Shown one piece after another: positions 8,213-18,021 of a stretch of 37,002 nt of DNA (its first letter is position 1; each line of letters begins with the position of its first letter). Source of the stretch: a virus (lineage: Duplodnaviria; Heunggongvirae; Uroviricota; Caudoviricetes). The DNA is taken from the IMG/VR virus record IMGVR_UViG_2565956731_000001, one strand, 5' to 3'. A program made the position numbers and the translations under genes. The notes below the pieces were generated by a model. It had not been told where the DNA came from. It ran no database searches and worked only from the letters and a program-made list of their open reading frames with translations.

Positions 8213-9295
8213 ATGATAAACGTTACAAACGAAATGCTCATTGATGTTGTCAGTGATGCTCTTACCGGGAAGAGGGAAAGTCTCCTCATGCGGTTGCGGA
8301 TTATGGCAAAAAAACTAAAAAAAGAATCTCCTGAATTAGCGGGTAAATTAGAAGATTTACTTATTAATACAGGTGGCGCAATTGCAGTCGAAAGGGCTAA
8401 TCCAGTTGTTCCTAAAATAACACCTGTTGATGCGGATACAAGACAAAAGCTGCTAGTTGAAACATATCCTGTGGTCATTGATGTTGAACCTGTTTGGCCA
8501 ACAAAAACTGATGTTCAACTGAATCGATTTGTGGCTGAGTGGGAAATGAAAGAACGCCTTTATAAAGAAGGGTTGCATCCGTCCAAATCTCTTCTTATGG
8601 GAGGACCACCCGGTGTGGGGAAGACTTTGGCTGCAAAGTGGCTCGCTTTTAAACTCGATATGCCATTGTTAACATTAGATCTCGCAAGTGTAATGAGTAG
8701 CTACTTGGGGAAAACGGGTAATAATATTAAGGCAGTCCTCAATTATGCTTCGTCATTCCCTTGTGTACTGCTTCTTGACGAATTTGATGCGATTGCTAAA
8801 AAAAGGGATGATGCAACAGATGTTGGAGAACTAAAAAGATTAGTTACAGTATTATTGCAAGCAATTGATGAATGGCCAAATACGTCTGTTCTTATAGCAG
8901 CAACTAACCATGCGGAGCTGCTTGATCCTGCTGCATGGAGAAGATTCGATCGAGTTATTGATTTTGAATATCCAACACAAGACCTAATGAGAAGATATCT
9001 CTGTTCTAAAAATATTGGAGATAGCTTATCGTACTATATTGCTACAAAACTCGAAAAAGTTTCATATGCAGTTCTTGAGAGAGCTATAAATCAAGCTAAA
9101 AGAAATGCCATTATAGAAGATATTCCTTTAAGTTCAGCTTTAATTGATGAGTTGTTAGATGGCGTGTCACTTGATGATGTTATAAAAAACATGTCAAACA
9201 ACAATGTATCACAAAGAAAAATCGCTTTAGATTTGGGGATTTCAAGGTCACAAGTACGTAAGGTTTTGACGGTTGAGGATGAAGACAATGAATGA
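8213..9295 (+). CDS. AAA+ ATPase (classic AAA clade), cargo gene
   Basis: Walker A GGPPGVGKT, Walker B LLLDEFD, sensor/Arg region ATNH...RRFD; AT-rich by eye; RBS AAGGGTGG before ATG. Confidence 0.85.
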   Translation: MINVTNEMLIDVVSDALTGKRESLLMRLRIMAKKLKKESPELAGKLEDLLINTGGAIAVERANPVVPKITPVDADTRQKLLVETYPVVIDVEPVWPTKTDVQLNRFVAEWEMKERLYKEGLHPSKSLLMGGPPGVGKTLAAKWLAFKLDMPLLTLDLASVMSSYLGKTGNNIKAVLNYASSFPCVLLLDEFDAIAKKRDDATDVGELKRLVTVLLQAIDEWPNTSVLIAATNHAELLDPAAWRRFDRVIDFEYPTQDLMRRYLCSKNIGDSLSYYIATKLEKVSYAVLERAINQAKRNAIIEDIPLSSALIDELLDGVSLDDVIKNMSNNNVSQRKIALDLGISRSQVRKVLTVEDEDNE

Positions 9296-11480
9296 TAAAA
9301 ATATGCTTCTTGGCTATGGTGAAACACTAACTAACCCTGTTAAACTTAACAGAGGTGGAGGTGAAAAGAATAAACCTTACTCTTATTCAGAAAATAAACC
9401 AGTGATATCTGCTCAACTGGAAGAGTTGATTGAGGAAATTAATACCCTTCCATTGTTAGCAATGCCTGAAGGTAAGGCTGTAGCAAAATTTGTTTTGCAT
9501 CCGGCATTCTTAGCAAAAAGTTATTTTCCAGTAAGTCTTTTTGAGCGATTTTCCCTAGAAAGCATAGGCAGTAAGGCTGTAAAAGTAAAACCTAGAAAAG
9601 ATATTAAAAAAAGAGGGCGAAAAGAGGAATACACTACAGCGTGTATTTATGTTTCTGGCAAAAAAGAAAGTTTTCAATCATTCTTAGACTCTGTAAATCA
9701 AGATACCCTAACGAAAGGGCAGCAAAATGATTTTGTCACCTTAGAAAATATTTCAATACTGGAAGTTTCAGATAAAGTAAAAACGATTAATAGCAATGAA
9801 GTTATGAGTATTGAGGTCGCCTTACATACTCCTGATACAATTTCCTCTATTGTCGATAGTTTTGAAGTTTTTGCTTCGCAAAATGGTGCTGTTATAGATA
9901 AGGCAAGAAGTATAAAGGTTAAGGGGCTAACCTTTATGCCTATTAAGGCTAGTAAAGATGTAGCTTTAAAAGTTGCAGAGTTTTCATTTCTCAGGACTTT
10001 GAGAGAACTTCCTGAATTAAGGCTAAGTGAGCCTGTTATATCACGTTCTGTGATTCAAACATCTAACCTTAGTTTACCATCTGAAGGAGCGGTAAACCCA
10101 CACATAAAGGTTGCCATATTCGATGGTGGATTGGGGATCGATGATTTCAATCCTTGGGTAACAGAGTACACTTTCAACGGTAATGCTAGTACTAATGCAA
10201 AACTTCTTTCTCATGGACAGGATGTCACCTCTACTGTGTTATTTGGTGTTCTTGGCTCTGAAACGGAAAAATTAAGTGTTCCTTATTGTAATATTGACCA
10301 TTATCGTGTACTGGATTCTAATGTTAATAACTCAGATGTCGATCTTTTTGACGTTCTGATCCGTATTAAAAGTGTATTAGAACAAAAAAAATATGATTAT
10401 ATCAATCTGAGCTTAGGACCTAGATTACCTGTTGATGACGATGACGTGCATGTGTGGACCTCAACTCTTGAGGAGATACTTGCATCAGGAGAAACACTTT
10501 GTACTGTCGCGGTTGGAAATGATGGTCAGCTGCCTGCCAAGTTAAATCGAATTCAACCACCTGCTGATTTAGTTAATGGTCTGTCAGTAGGTGCAGCAAC
10601 CTCTTTATCTGATAGTTGGGAAAGATGTTCTTACAGTTGTATTGGTCCTGGACGAAGCCCTGGCTTTGTGAAGCCTGATGGAGTTGCATTTGGAGGACAT
10701 TCTGATGAGCCATTCCAGGTATACAGCCCTATGGTTAATGGTCTTGCCCGCACTGCGGGGACTAGCTTTTCAGCTCCATTAGTCCTGAGGCAAGCAATCG
10801 CGTTAAGTGCTTCTCTAAATTACAACATTACACCACTTACGGCTAAAGCTCTGCTTATACATCATGCGGAGAGCAATAATATCAATCGTGCTGAAGTTGG
10901 TTGGGGACGATTTCCTCATGATCTTAGTGAAGTAATATTTTGTGATGATGATGAAGTTAAAGTTATATATCAAGGTACTTTAAAACCATCACAACACATG
11001 CGAGCACCTATTCCGTTTCCAGATGTACCTATGCGTGGATGTGTAAATTTAAGAGCGACATTCTGCTTTTCCAGTCCTGTAGATGCGGAACATCCTTTGA
11101 ATTATACAAGAAGCGGTCTAGAAGTAACCATGAGAAAAGGTGTTTCAGATAGTTCCGGGTTAACGTTTCCTCTTTTTAATCTAAAAAATGTTTATGCAGA
11201 TGAAAATGAGCAACGTGTTGATGCACATAAATGGGAGACTACGTTAAGAAGTGAACACAAATTTAAACCGAATGAGCTGACAAACCCATGCTTTGATATT
11301 ATCTACTATGGTAGAGACTGTGGTATGCCTATTGATGTTGACGAGTTAGAAGAACTACCATATGTTCTTGTCGTGACTTTATCTGCTGAAGAAATGCCGG
11401 ATTTATATAACCTAATTAGGCAGAAATATCAAACCTTACAGCCTATCCAAGTTCAACAGCAAATTATGTTACGTACTTAA
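9288..11480 (+). CDS. Subtilisin-like serine peptidase (S8 family) with N-terminal domain of unknown function, cargo gene
   Basis: Catalytic triad motifs in D-H-S order: VAIFDGGLG, SHGQDVTST, GTSFSAPLV; start overlaps the ATPase stop by 8 bp (alternative ATG 9279). Confidence 0.8.
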   Translation: MNDKNMLLGYGETLTNPVKLNRGGGEKNKPYSYSENKPVISAQLEELIEEINTLPLLAMPEGKAVAKFVLHPAFLAKSYFPVSLFERFSLESIGSKAVKVKPRKDIKKRGRKEEYTTACIYVSGKKESFQSFLDSVNQDTLTKGQQNDFVTLENISILEVSDKVKTINSNEVMSIEVALHTPDTISSIVDSFEVFASQNGAVIDKARSIKVKGLTFMPIKASKDVALKVAEFSFLRTLRELPELRLSEPVISRSVIQTSNLSLPSEGAVNPHIKVAIFDGGLGIDDFNPWVTEYTFNGNASTNAKLLSHGQDVTSTVLFGVLGSETEKLSVPYCNIDHYRVLDSNVNNSDVDLFDVLIRIKSVLEQKKYDYINLSLGPRLPVDDDDVHVWTSTLEEILASGETLCTVAVGNDGQLPAKLNRIQPPADLVNGLSVGAATSLSDSWERCSYSCIGPGRSPGFVKPDGVAFGGHSDEPFQVYSPMVNGLARTAGTSFSAPLVLRQAIALSASLNYNITPLTAKALLIHHAESNNINRAEVGWGRFPHDLSEVIFCDDDEVKVIYQGTLKPSQHMRAPIPFPDVPMRGCVNLRATFCFSSPVDAEHPLNYTRSGLEVTMRKGVSDSSGLTFPLFNLKNVYADENEQRVDAHKWETTLRSEHKFKPNELTNPCFDIIYYGRDCGMPIDVDELEELPYVLVVTLSAEEMPDLYNLIRQKYQTLQPIQVQQQIMLRT

Positions 11481-11487
11481 CAATGTG

Positions 11488-11510
11488 GAGGGGTTCCCCC
11501 TCCTTTATTA
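11488..11510. terminator. Bidirectional terminator between the cargo operon and Q
   Basis: GGAGGGG-TTC-CCCCTCC hairpin followed by TTTATT; flanked by convergent genes. Confidence 0.6.
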
Positions 11511-11518
11511 AGCTTTAT

Positions 11519-12568
11519 CTATGTTGATTGTGGGTCATCGTTTATTAAGTTATATTTTTCAAAATGGATAATATTAATTCCTAACCATTCATTAAATTCC
11601 TGTAATCGTTTTTGTAAAGGCATTAATTCATTTCGAACAAACACTCGACTCGCCTTCTCTACATCTCCAAATCCTCCAACATTACTTGGCATAATCCCCA
11701 TCATTTGCGGCGGCACACGGTGTGCCGCCATCATGTCGTCTCGGCTCACGTTCTTGATGTTCAGAAATTCATCCTTCGCTGCGACTTCTGACAGCGGGAT
11801 GATCTGAAGCCCGTCCTTTTTGCCGTTAGGCGAGTACATAAACAGGTTGCGGAAGTTGCCTGGACCTTTGGCGCTTTTCATCGCGTTGCGGAGGTTGTTC
11901 ACATCTTCCTGGTTCTGCGCGGCGTCGGTCATATACATGATGAAGCCAGCATGACTGCCGTTAATGTAATACTTTCGACGGAACAGCGTGGCGGACTCAT
12001 TGAGCAGGGCGGACGGAATGGCAGAAAGATAGCCGGGCAAGCCGTAGATCTCCTGGTTAATGTCCGGTTCCATCAGATGAAAAATGCTGCCTTTCGTGAA
12101 CTGATATGGCTGGGTTGTCATACCGTATTGCACAAACCAGTAGGTATCCAGGTCTAACCCGCGTCGGGTGTATTTTGCCAGCGCAGGCTCAAGGGCGATA
12201 ACTTCACCGAAGCGGTTCGTGCGTTTCTCCAGGTAGGCGTTACCAAAAACCAGATAGTCCTGCACAAAACGCGAAAAAGCCTGCTGGCTGAGCAGCGGGT
12301 GAGGGATGTAGGTGCTGGTCAAAATGTTGCATTTCACCGCAATCGGTGAGCTGTGATGCACGGCGGCGCGGAAGGTTCGTGCCAGTCCGTCAAAGCTGAC
12401 GGGCGGCTCATACCAGCGATCCATCTGTACGCATTCCACATAGTCCAGCAGTTCGCGGCGGTCCAGAACAGGAACGGGATCACCGAAGCTGAATGCTTCG
12501 GCTGAAGTCTGGCTTTTATGCTGGTTCTGGTTCGTCGACGCAGCGCGGTTCTTCTTACTCTTTCCCAT
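11519..12568 (-). CDS. Q: Portal protein gpQ
   Basis: About 349 aa, P2 Q-like length and position; first gene after cos, transcribed toward it; ATG 12566-12568 with GGAG upstream. Confidence 0.85.
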   Translation of the reverse strand: MGKSKKNRAASTNQNQHKSQTSAEAFSFGDPVPVLDRRELLDYVECVQMDRWYEPPVSFDGLARTFRAAVHHSSPIAVKCNILTSTYIPHPLLSQQAFSRFVQDYLVFGNAYLEKRTNRFGEVIALEPALAKYTRRGLDLDTYWFVQYGMTTQPYQFTKGSIFHLMEPDINQEIYGLPGYLSAIPSALLNESATLFRRKYYINGSHAGFIMYMTDAAQNQEDVNNLRNAMKSAKGPGNFRNLFMYSPNGKKDGLQIIPLSEVAAKDEFLNIKNVSRDDMMAAHRVPPQMMGIMPSNVGGFGDVEKASRVFVRNELMPLQKRLQEFNEWLGINIIHFEKYNLINDDPQST

Positions 12569-14334
12569 CAAAAAATCTCCACAATATTGCTGGCATTGGC
12601 GGACTCGCCCTGCAGCGGTTCGTTAAACAGTGCGTGCATTGTTGCCCAGGCCAGATCGGCATGGCTGGCTTCTTCGCTGCGGCTGGCTTCATAGGTCGGG
12701 CGGTTGCCGCTGGCGGTGGTGGCGCGACGGATTGCCATGAATGACTGCGCAATGTCGGTGTGTCCGGCGTCAAATTCCAGGCGGCGGTGACTGATAATGT
12801 CGTAGGCCTTGAGTACCAGGGCGTTTTTAACGTTGGGGTTGTAGACAAACTCCCGGACGGCAGGAAAAAACGCTTTCACGTTCTCGTAAACCCCGTGACC
12901 GACGCCGGTCGAGTCGATGCCGATATAGGTCACGTTATACTGTTCGGTCAGTTTTTTGATGGCGTCAGCCTGGGCGCGGAAGTCCATTCCGCGCCACTGG
13001 TGACGCTCAAGAATGCGGAACTTACCGCCCGGCACGGCTGGCGGTGCCACCACCACGCATCCGGCGCTGTCGCCGTTCTGCGTACCTTTTGCCGGGTCAT
13101 AACCGATCCACACTTCGCGCCAGCCAAACGGGCGCAGGGCCAGTGCATGAAAGTCGGTCCAGACTTCCCAACTGTCCACCATGCACGCCTGCAGCTCGCT
13201 GAGCGGGAACACGGACGCGAGATCGTCCACGAACTCACACATCAGCAGGTTCTGGTATTCGTCCGGGCTGTATTCCATGCGCAACTGGTCAAGGTCGAAC
13301 AGGTTACAGCCGCCGCGCACCGCATCTTCTACGGTGACTATCTGGCGGTATTGCCCGTCTGCGCACAGCAGGCCGGGGGCCAGATTGCTGTGGGACAGGT
13401 CGATGTCCACCTTGTCGGCTTTGTTGCGTCCACGGTTGAACAGCGCACCGGACCAGAACGGATAAGCACTGTGGGTCAGGCTGGATGGCGTGGAAAAATA
13501 GGTTTGTCGCCATTTTTTGTGAATAGCCATACCGGAAGCCACTTTGCGCAGCTCCTGGAATTTCGGTATCCAGAAATATTCATCCAGATACAGGTTGCCG
13601 TGGTAACTCTGGGCAGTGCGGGCATTGGTGCCGAGGAAATACAGTGTGGCCCCGTTGGGAAGCACCATCGGATCGCCTTTCAGCTCCACTTCCACTTCTT
13701 TGGCGAAGTCGATGATGTACTGCTTAAAGACGTGCGCCTGTGCCTTACTGGCAGAAAGGAAAATCTGGTTACGTCCGGTTAGCAGGGCGTCAATCAGGGC
13801 TTCACGGGCAAAATAGAAGGTCGCGCCGATCTGGCGTGACTTCAGCAGGTTGCGGATGCGGTTGGTTTTTCCGGCTTCCCACCAGTGACGCTGGTAGTTG
13901 AACATGGAGGAATGGAAGATTTCTTCCAGCTTCTCAATCTGTTCATCGGTGAAAACATTCTTTTCAGGCTGACGGCGCGGGCCTTTGTTGCGGTTGGCGA
14001 CGTTAGGGTTTAAGTCGGCTTCGTTGCCGCCATTGTTAAACTTGCCGATCCGCGCGTGGCGCTCAGACTGGCGCGCCAGCAGGTCAATCTCTTTGAAATC
14101 TTTCCCTTCTTTGTGCTCCTTCATAATGAGCTGGCAGTAGCGTGCGGCAGTGGTGAGCTGCATCTGATCCAGCGGCCCATAGTCACCCCACTTGTCGCGT
14201 TTTTTCCAGCTGTGAACGGTTGCAACTTTCTCGCCCAGCATTTCAGCAATGCGGGCTACGCGGTATCCCTGAAAGTACAGCAGCATGGCCTGCCGACGGG
14301 GATCGAGATCTGCGGGTGTCAGTGTGGTGTTCAT
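12568..14334 (-). CDS. P: Terminase large subunit (ATPase) gpP
   Basis: 588 aa, P2 P-like; in operon with Q. Confidence 0.9.
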   Translation of the reverse strand: MNTTLTPADLDPRRQAMLLYFQGYRVARIAEMLGEKVATVHSWKKRDKWGDYGPLDQMQLTTAARYCQLIMKEHKEGKDFKEIDLLARQSERHARIGKFNNGGNEADLNPNVANRNKGPRRQPEKNVFTDEQIEKLEEIFHSSMFNYQRHWWEAGKTNRIRNLLKSRQIGATFYFAREALIDALLTGRNQIFLSASKAQAHVFKQYIIDFAKEVEVELKGDPMVLPNGATLYFLGTNARTAQSYHGNLYLDEYFWIPKFQELRKVASGMAIHKKWRQTYFSTPSSLTHSAYPFWSGALFNRGRNKADKVDIDLSHSNLAPGLLCADGQYRQIVTVEDAVRGGCNLFDLDQLRMEYSPDEYQNLLMCEFVDDLASVFPLSELQACMVDSWEVWTDFHALALRPFGWREVWIGYDPAKGTQNGDSAGCVVVAPPAVPGGKFRILERHQWRGMDFRAQADAIKKLTEQYNVTYIGIDSTGVGHGVYENVKAFFPAVREFVYNPNVKNALVLKAYDIISHRRLEFDAGHTDIAQSFMAIRRATTASGNRPTYEASRSEEASHADLAWATMHALFNEPLQGESANASNIVEIF

Positions 14335-14380
14335 GGCATAAACCTACAGCCTTGAATGACGGCTTTCCCCGCCTGCGGTT

Positions 14381-14398
14381 TGTGTGGTTGTCGGTACA
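14381..14398. promoter_or_regulatory. Ogr-type late promoter activator site (TGT-N12-ACA) in the divergent P/O promoter region
   Basis: TGTGTGGTTGTCGGTACA between divergent P and O starts; matches the P2 late-promoter dyad. Confidence 0.5.
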
Positions 14399-14476
14399 AA
14401 TACCGCGCATTGTTTCACTGCCCCCACCACCGCAACCATAAGGCTCCAGTAAGTTTTTTCTAACGGAGCACGGCTC

Positions 14477-15310
14477 ATGACAGTGAAAGCAAAGCGTTTT
14501 CGCATCGGGGTGGAAGGTGCCACCACCGACGGACGCGAAATCCAGCGTGAATGGCTGGAACAGATGGCAGCCAGCTACAACCCGGCGGTGTATACCGCGC
14601 TGATTAACCTTGAGCACATCAAGTCTTATCTGCCGGACAGCACCTTTAACCGCTACGGCAAGGTGACGGCGCTGTTTGCTGAAGAAATCACGGAAGGTCC
14701 GCTGGCAGGCAAGATGGCGCTGTATGCCGACGTTGAGCCAACGGAGTCCCTGGTGGAACTGGTGAAAAAAGGCCAGAAATTATTCACCTCTATGGAAGTC
14801 AGCCCGAAGTTCGCTGATACGGGCAAAGCCTACCTGGTCGGCCTGGCTGCCACTGATGACCCTGCCAGTCTGGGTACGGAAATGCTGACATTCAGCGCCA
14901 GTGCAGCCCATAACCCACTGGCAAACCGCAAGCAGAATCCTGCCAATCTCTTTACCGCTGCAGAGGAAACGGTGATCGAACTGGAAGAAATCCAGGATGA
15001 CAAACCGTCCCTGTTTGCCCGTGTCACGGCGCTGTTTACAAAAAAAGAGCAGTCCGACGATGCCCGGTTTTCTGATGTGCATAAGGCCGTGGAACTGGTC
15101 GCCACTGAGCAGCAAAACCTGAGTGTGCGCACCGAAAAATCCCTTTCTGAGCAGGAAGAACGTCTGTCTGAGCTGGAGACAGTTCTGCAGGCACAACAGG
15201 CCGCCTTTAACGAACTGGTGGACAAGCTGAGCCATGAAGACAGCCGCCAGGACTACCGCCAGCGTGCAACGGGCGGTAACGCCCCCGCTGACACTCTGAC
15301 CAATTGCTGA
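14477..15310 (+). CDS. O: Capsid scaffolding protein gpO
   Basis: 277 aa, P2 O-like position and size. Confidence 0.85.
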   Translation: MTVKAKRFRIGVEGATTDGREIQREWLEQMAASYNPAVYTALINLEHIKSYLPDSTFNRYGKVTALFAEEITEGPLAGKMALYADVEPTESLVELVKKGQKLFTSMEVSPKFADTGKAYLVGLAATDDPASLGTEMLTFSASAAHNPLANRKQNPANLFTAAEETVIELEEIQDDKPSLFARVTALFTKKEQSDDARFSDVHKAVELVATEQQNLSVRTEKSLSEQEERLSELETVLQAQQAAFNELVDKLSHEDSRQDYRQRATGGNAPADTLTNC

Positions 15311-15326
15311 TGGAGCACAAAACCTG

Positions 15327-16385
15327 ATGAAGAAGAATACCCGCTTTGCTTTTAACGCTTACCTGCAGCAGCTGGCGCGTCTGAACGGTGTGGCAGTTGA
15401 AGAACTGTCCAGCAAGTTCACCGTGGAGCCGTCTGTACAGCAGACGCTGGAAGACCAGATCCAGCAGTCCGCCGCTTTCCTGACGCTGATTAACGTCACG
15501 CCAGTGACTGAGCAGTCCGGTCAGCTGCTGGGGCTGGGTGTTGGCAGCACCATTGCCGGAACCACTGACACCACCGCGAAAGAGCGTGAACCTGTCGATC
15601 CGACGCTGATGGTCGATGTGGAATACAAATGCGAACAGACCAACTTTGACACAGTGCTGACCTACGCGAAGCTGGACCTGTGGGCGAAGTTTCAGGATTT
15701 CCAGGTGCGTATCCGTAACGCCATCGTGAAACGTCAGGCACTGGACCGCATCATGATCGGCTTTAACGGCGTGAAGCGTGCGAAAACCTCCAACCGCAGC
15801 GAAAACCCGCTGCTGCAGGATGTGAACAAAGGCTGGTTGCAGAAAATCCGTGAGGATGCACCGGATCACGTCATGGGCAGCACCACCACGGGCGGTGAAA
15901 CCACACCGGGTGCGGTGAAAGTCGGGAAAGGTGGCGAATATGCCAACCTGGACGCCGTGGTGATGGATGCCGTTAACGAGCTTATCGACGTGGTCTATCA
16001 GGACGATGACGATCTGGTTGTGATTTGCGGTCGTGAACTGCTGTCTGACAAGTATTTCCCGCTGGTCAACAAAGAGCAGGAAAACAGTGAAAAACTGGCT
16101 GCCGATATGATCATCAGTCAGAAACGCATGGGTGGCCTGCAGGCCGTGCGTGCGCCGTTCTTCCCGCCGAATGCGCTGCTGATCACCCGTCTGGATAACC
16201 TGTCCATCTACTGGCAGGAAGACACCCGCCGTCGTTCGGTTATCGACAACCCAAAACGTGACCGGATTGAAAATTTTGAATCCGTTAACGAAGCCTATGT
16301 GGTTGAGGACTACCGCTGCGCTGCACTGGTGGAAAACATCCAGATTGGCGACTTCAGCGCAGCCGCAGCAGAAGCCGGAGCGTAA
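15327..16385 (+). CDS. N: Major capsid protein gpN
   Basis: 352 aa, P2 N-like. Confidence 0.9.
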   Translation: MKKNTRFAFNAYLQQLARLNGVAVEELSSKFTVEPSVQQTLEDQIQQSAAFLTLINVTPVTEQSGQLLGLGVGSTIAGTTDTTAKEREPVDPTLMVDVEYKCEQTNFDTVLTYAKLDLWAKFQDFQVRIRNAIVKRQALDRIMIGFNGVKRAKTSNRSENPLLQDVNKGWLQKIREDAPDHVMGSTTTGGETTPGAVKVGKGGEYANLDAVVMDAVNELIDVVYQDDDDLVVICGRELLSDKYFPLVNKEQENSEKLAADMIISQKRMGGLQAVRAPFFPPNALLITRLDNLSIYWQEDTRRRSVIDNPKRDRIENFESVNEAYVVEDYRCAALVENIQIGDFSAAAAEAGA

Positions 16386-16388
16386 TCC

Positions 16389-17039
16389 ATGAGCCTGAGT
16401 CCCGCACGGCAGCATCGCCTGCGCGTTCAGGCTGAACAGGCCGCCCGCGAGGGCGGCAGTGTTCGCCACGCGTCGGGCTATGACCTGATGCTGCTGCAAC
16501 TGGCGGAAGACCGCCGTCGTCTCAAGGGCGTTCAGTCCACGGTCAAAAAAGCGGAAATCAAAGTGGAGCTGCTGCCGAAGTACGCCGCCTGGGCGGAGGG
16601 TGTCCTGGCTGCCGGAGGCGCTCAACAGGATGACGTGCTGATGTACGTGATGCTGTGGCGCATTGATGCCGGAGATTATGCCGGGGCGCTGGAGATCGGG
16701 CGTCATGCCCTGCGTCATGGCTGGGTGATGCCGCTGGGTAATCGCAACGTGCAGACCGTGCTGGCAGAGGAAATGGCAGACGCCGCACAGAGCGCAATGC
16801 TTGCCGCCACCGGCTTTGATGTCGATCTGTTGCTGCAGACGCTGGAGCTGACAGACGGTCTGGATATGCCGGACCAGTCACGGGCGCGTCTGCATAAAGC
16901 GATTGGCGCGGTCCTGAGTGAAAGCAATCCGGCTTCCGCCCTTAATCATCTCAACCATGCGTTACAGCTCGATCCCCGCTGTGGCGTGAAAAAAGACAAA
17001 CAGCAGCTGGAGCGCAGACTGCGCAATGACAGCTGCTGA
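16389..17039 (+). CDS. M: Terminase small/endonuclease subunit gpM
   Basis: 216 aa following N as in P2. Confidence 0.8.
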   Translation: MSLSPARQHRLRVQAEQAAREGGSVRHASGYDLMLLQLAEDRRRLKGVQSTVKKAEIKVELLPKYAAWAEGVLAAGGAQQDDVLMYVMLWRIDAGDYAGALEIGRHALRHGWVMPLGNRNVQTVLAEEMADAAQSAMLAATGFDVDLLLQTLELTDGLDMPDQSRARLHKAIGAVLSESNPASALNHLNHALQLDPRCGVKKDKQQLERRLRNDSC

Positions 17040-17134
17040 CAGAACGTGCCCCCGCGCACGGGCGGCACGGGGTGGCGAAAGGCACTGCTACATCAAAACC
17101 CCGTCCACCGCCCTCTATTTCAGGAGAAAGCAGC

Positions 17135-17599
17135 ATGAAGTTTGTTGCGCCAGAACAGGCACCGGAACAGGCGGAAATCATCAGAAATACGCCGTTCTGG
17201 CCTGATGTGGACCTGTCGGAGTTTCGCAGTGTCATGCGCACTGACGGCACGGTGACGCAGCCGCGTTTAAAGCAGGTTGCGCTGTCGGCAATTTCGGAGG
17301 TCAACGCAGAGCTGTATGAGTTTCGCAGACGCCAGCAGATGCTGGGATATTCCTCGCTGGCAGAGGTTCCGGCTGAACAGCTGGACGGCAAAAGTGAGCG
17401 CATTCATCACTATTTCAACGCGGTTTACTGCTGGGCACGCGCCATGCTCAACGAGCGTTATCAGGACTATGACGCCACGGCATCCGGTGTGAAGCGGGGC
17501 GAGGAACTGGCGGAAGCAAGCGGTGATTTGTGGCGTGATGCCCGCTGGGCCATCAGCCGGGTGCAGGATGCGCCGCACTGCACAGTGGAGCTTATCTGA
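17135..17599 (+). CDS. L: Head completion/stabilisation protein gpL
   Basis: ATG 17135 after CAGGAGAAAG; P2 L-like size and position. Confidence 0.8.
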   Translation: MKFVAPEQAPEQAEIIRNTPFWPDVDLSEFRSVMRTDGTVTQPRLKQVALSAISEVNAELYEFRRRQQMLGYSSLAEVPAEQLDGKSERIHHYFNAVYCWARAMLNERYQDYDATASGVKRGEELAEASGDLWRDARWAISRVQDAPHCTVELI

Positions 17600-17802
17600 T
17601 GAAAGTGCGTGCGTATCAGTATGACACGGTGGACGCGCTTTGCTGGCGTCATTACGGGCGCACGCAGGGTGTCACGGAGCAGGTACTGAAGGCAAATCCG
17701 GGGCTTGCCGAATTTGGCCCTTTTTTACCTCACGGGCTGCAGGTGGAGCTGCCGGACATTCCGACCACCACCACCGTGCAGACCGTCCAGCTATGGGACT
17801 GA
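17599..17802 (+). CDS. X: Tail protein gpX
   Basis: 67 aa, exactly P2 X length; start overlaps L stop. Confidence 0.8.
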   Translation: MKVRAYQYDTVDALCWRHYGRTQGVTEQVLKANPGLAEFGPFLPHGLQVELPDIPTTTTVQTVQLWD

Positions 17803-17805
17803 ATT

Positions 17806-18021
17806 ATGACGCTTGAGCGAATCAGCGCCTTTATCACGTATTGCATCGCCGTTGTGCTGGCCTGGCTGGGCGATTTGTCCATCAAGGATGCCTCAACGCT
17901 GGGTGGCCTGATGATTGGTGTGCTGATGCTGGCTATCAACTGGTACTACAAACACAAAGCCTACCAGCTTCTGCGCGACGGGCAGATCTCGCGGGAGGAC
18001 TATGAATCCATCAATCGTTAA
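17806..18021 (+). CDS. Holin
   Basis: 71-aa protein with two hydrophobic helices and charged C-terminus, immediately upstream of the endolysin. Confidence 0.7.
   Translation: MTLERISAFITYCIAVVLAWLGDLSIKDASTLGGLMIGVLMLAINWYYKHKAYQLLRDGQISREDYESINR

Noticed and set aside
12760-13782. 340-aa plus-strand ORF
   Set aside because: Lies entirely antisense within the terminase large subunit gene (12568-14334, minus); low-complexity translation typical of a shadow ORF in GC-rich coding sequence.
15207-16718. 503-aa minus-strand ORF
   Set aside because: Antisense to the major capsid and small terminase genes, which are well supported by P2 synteny; shadow ORF.
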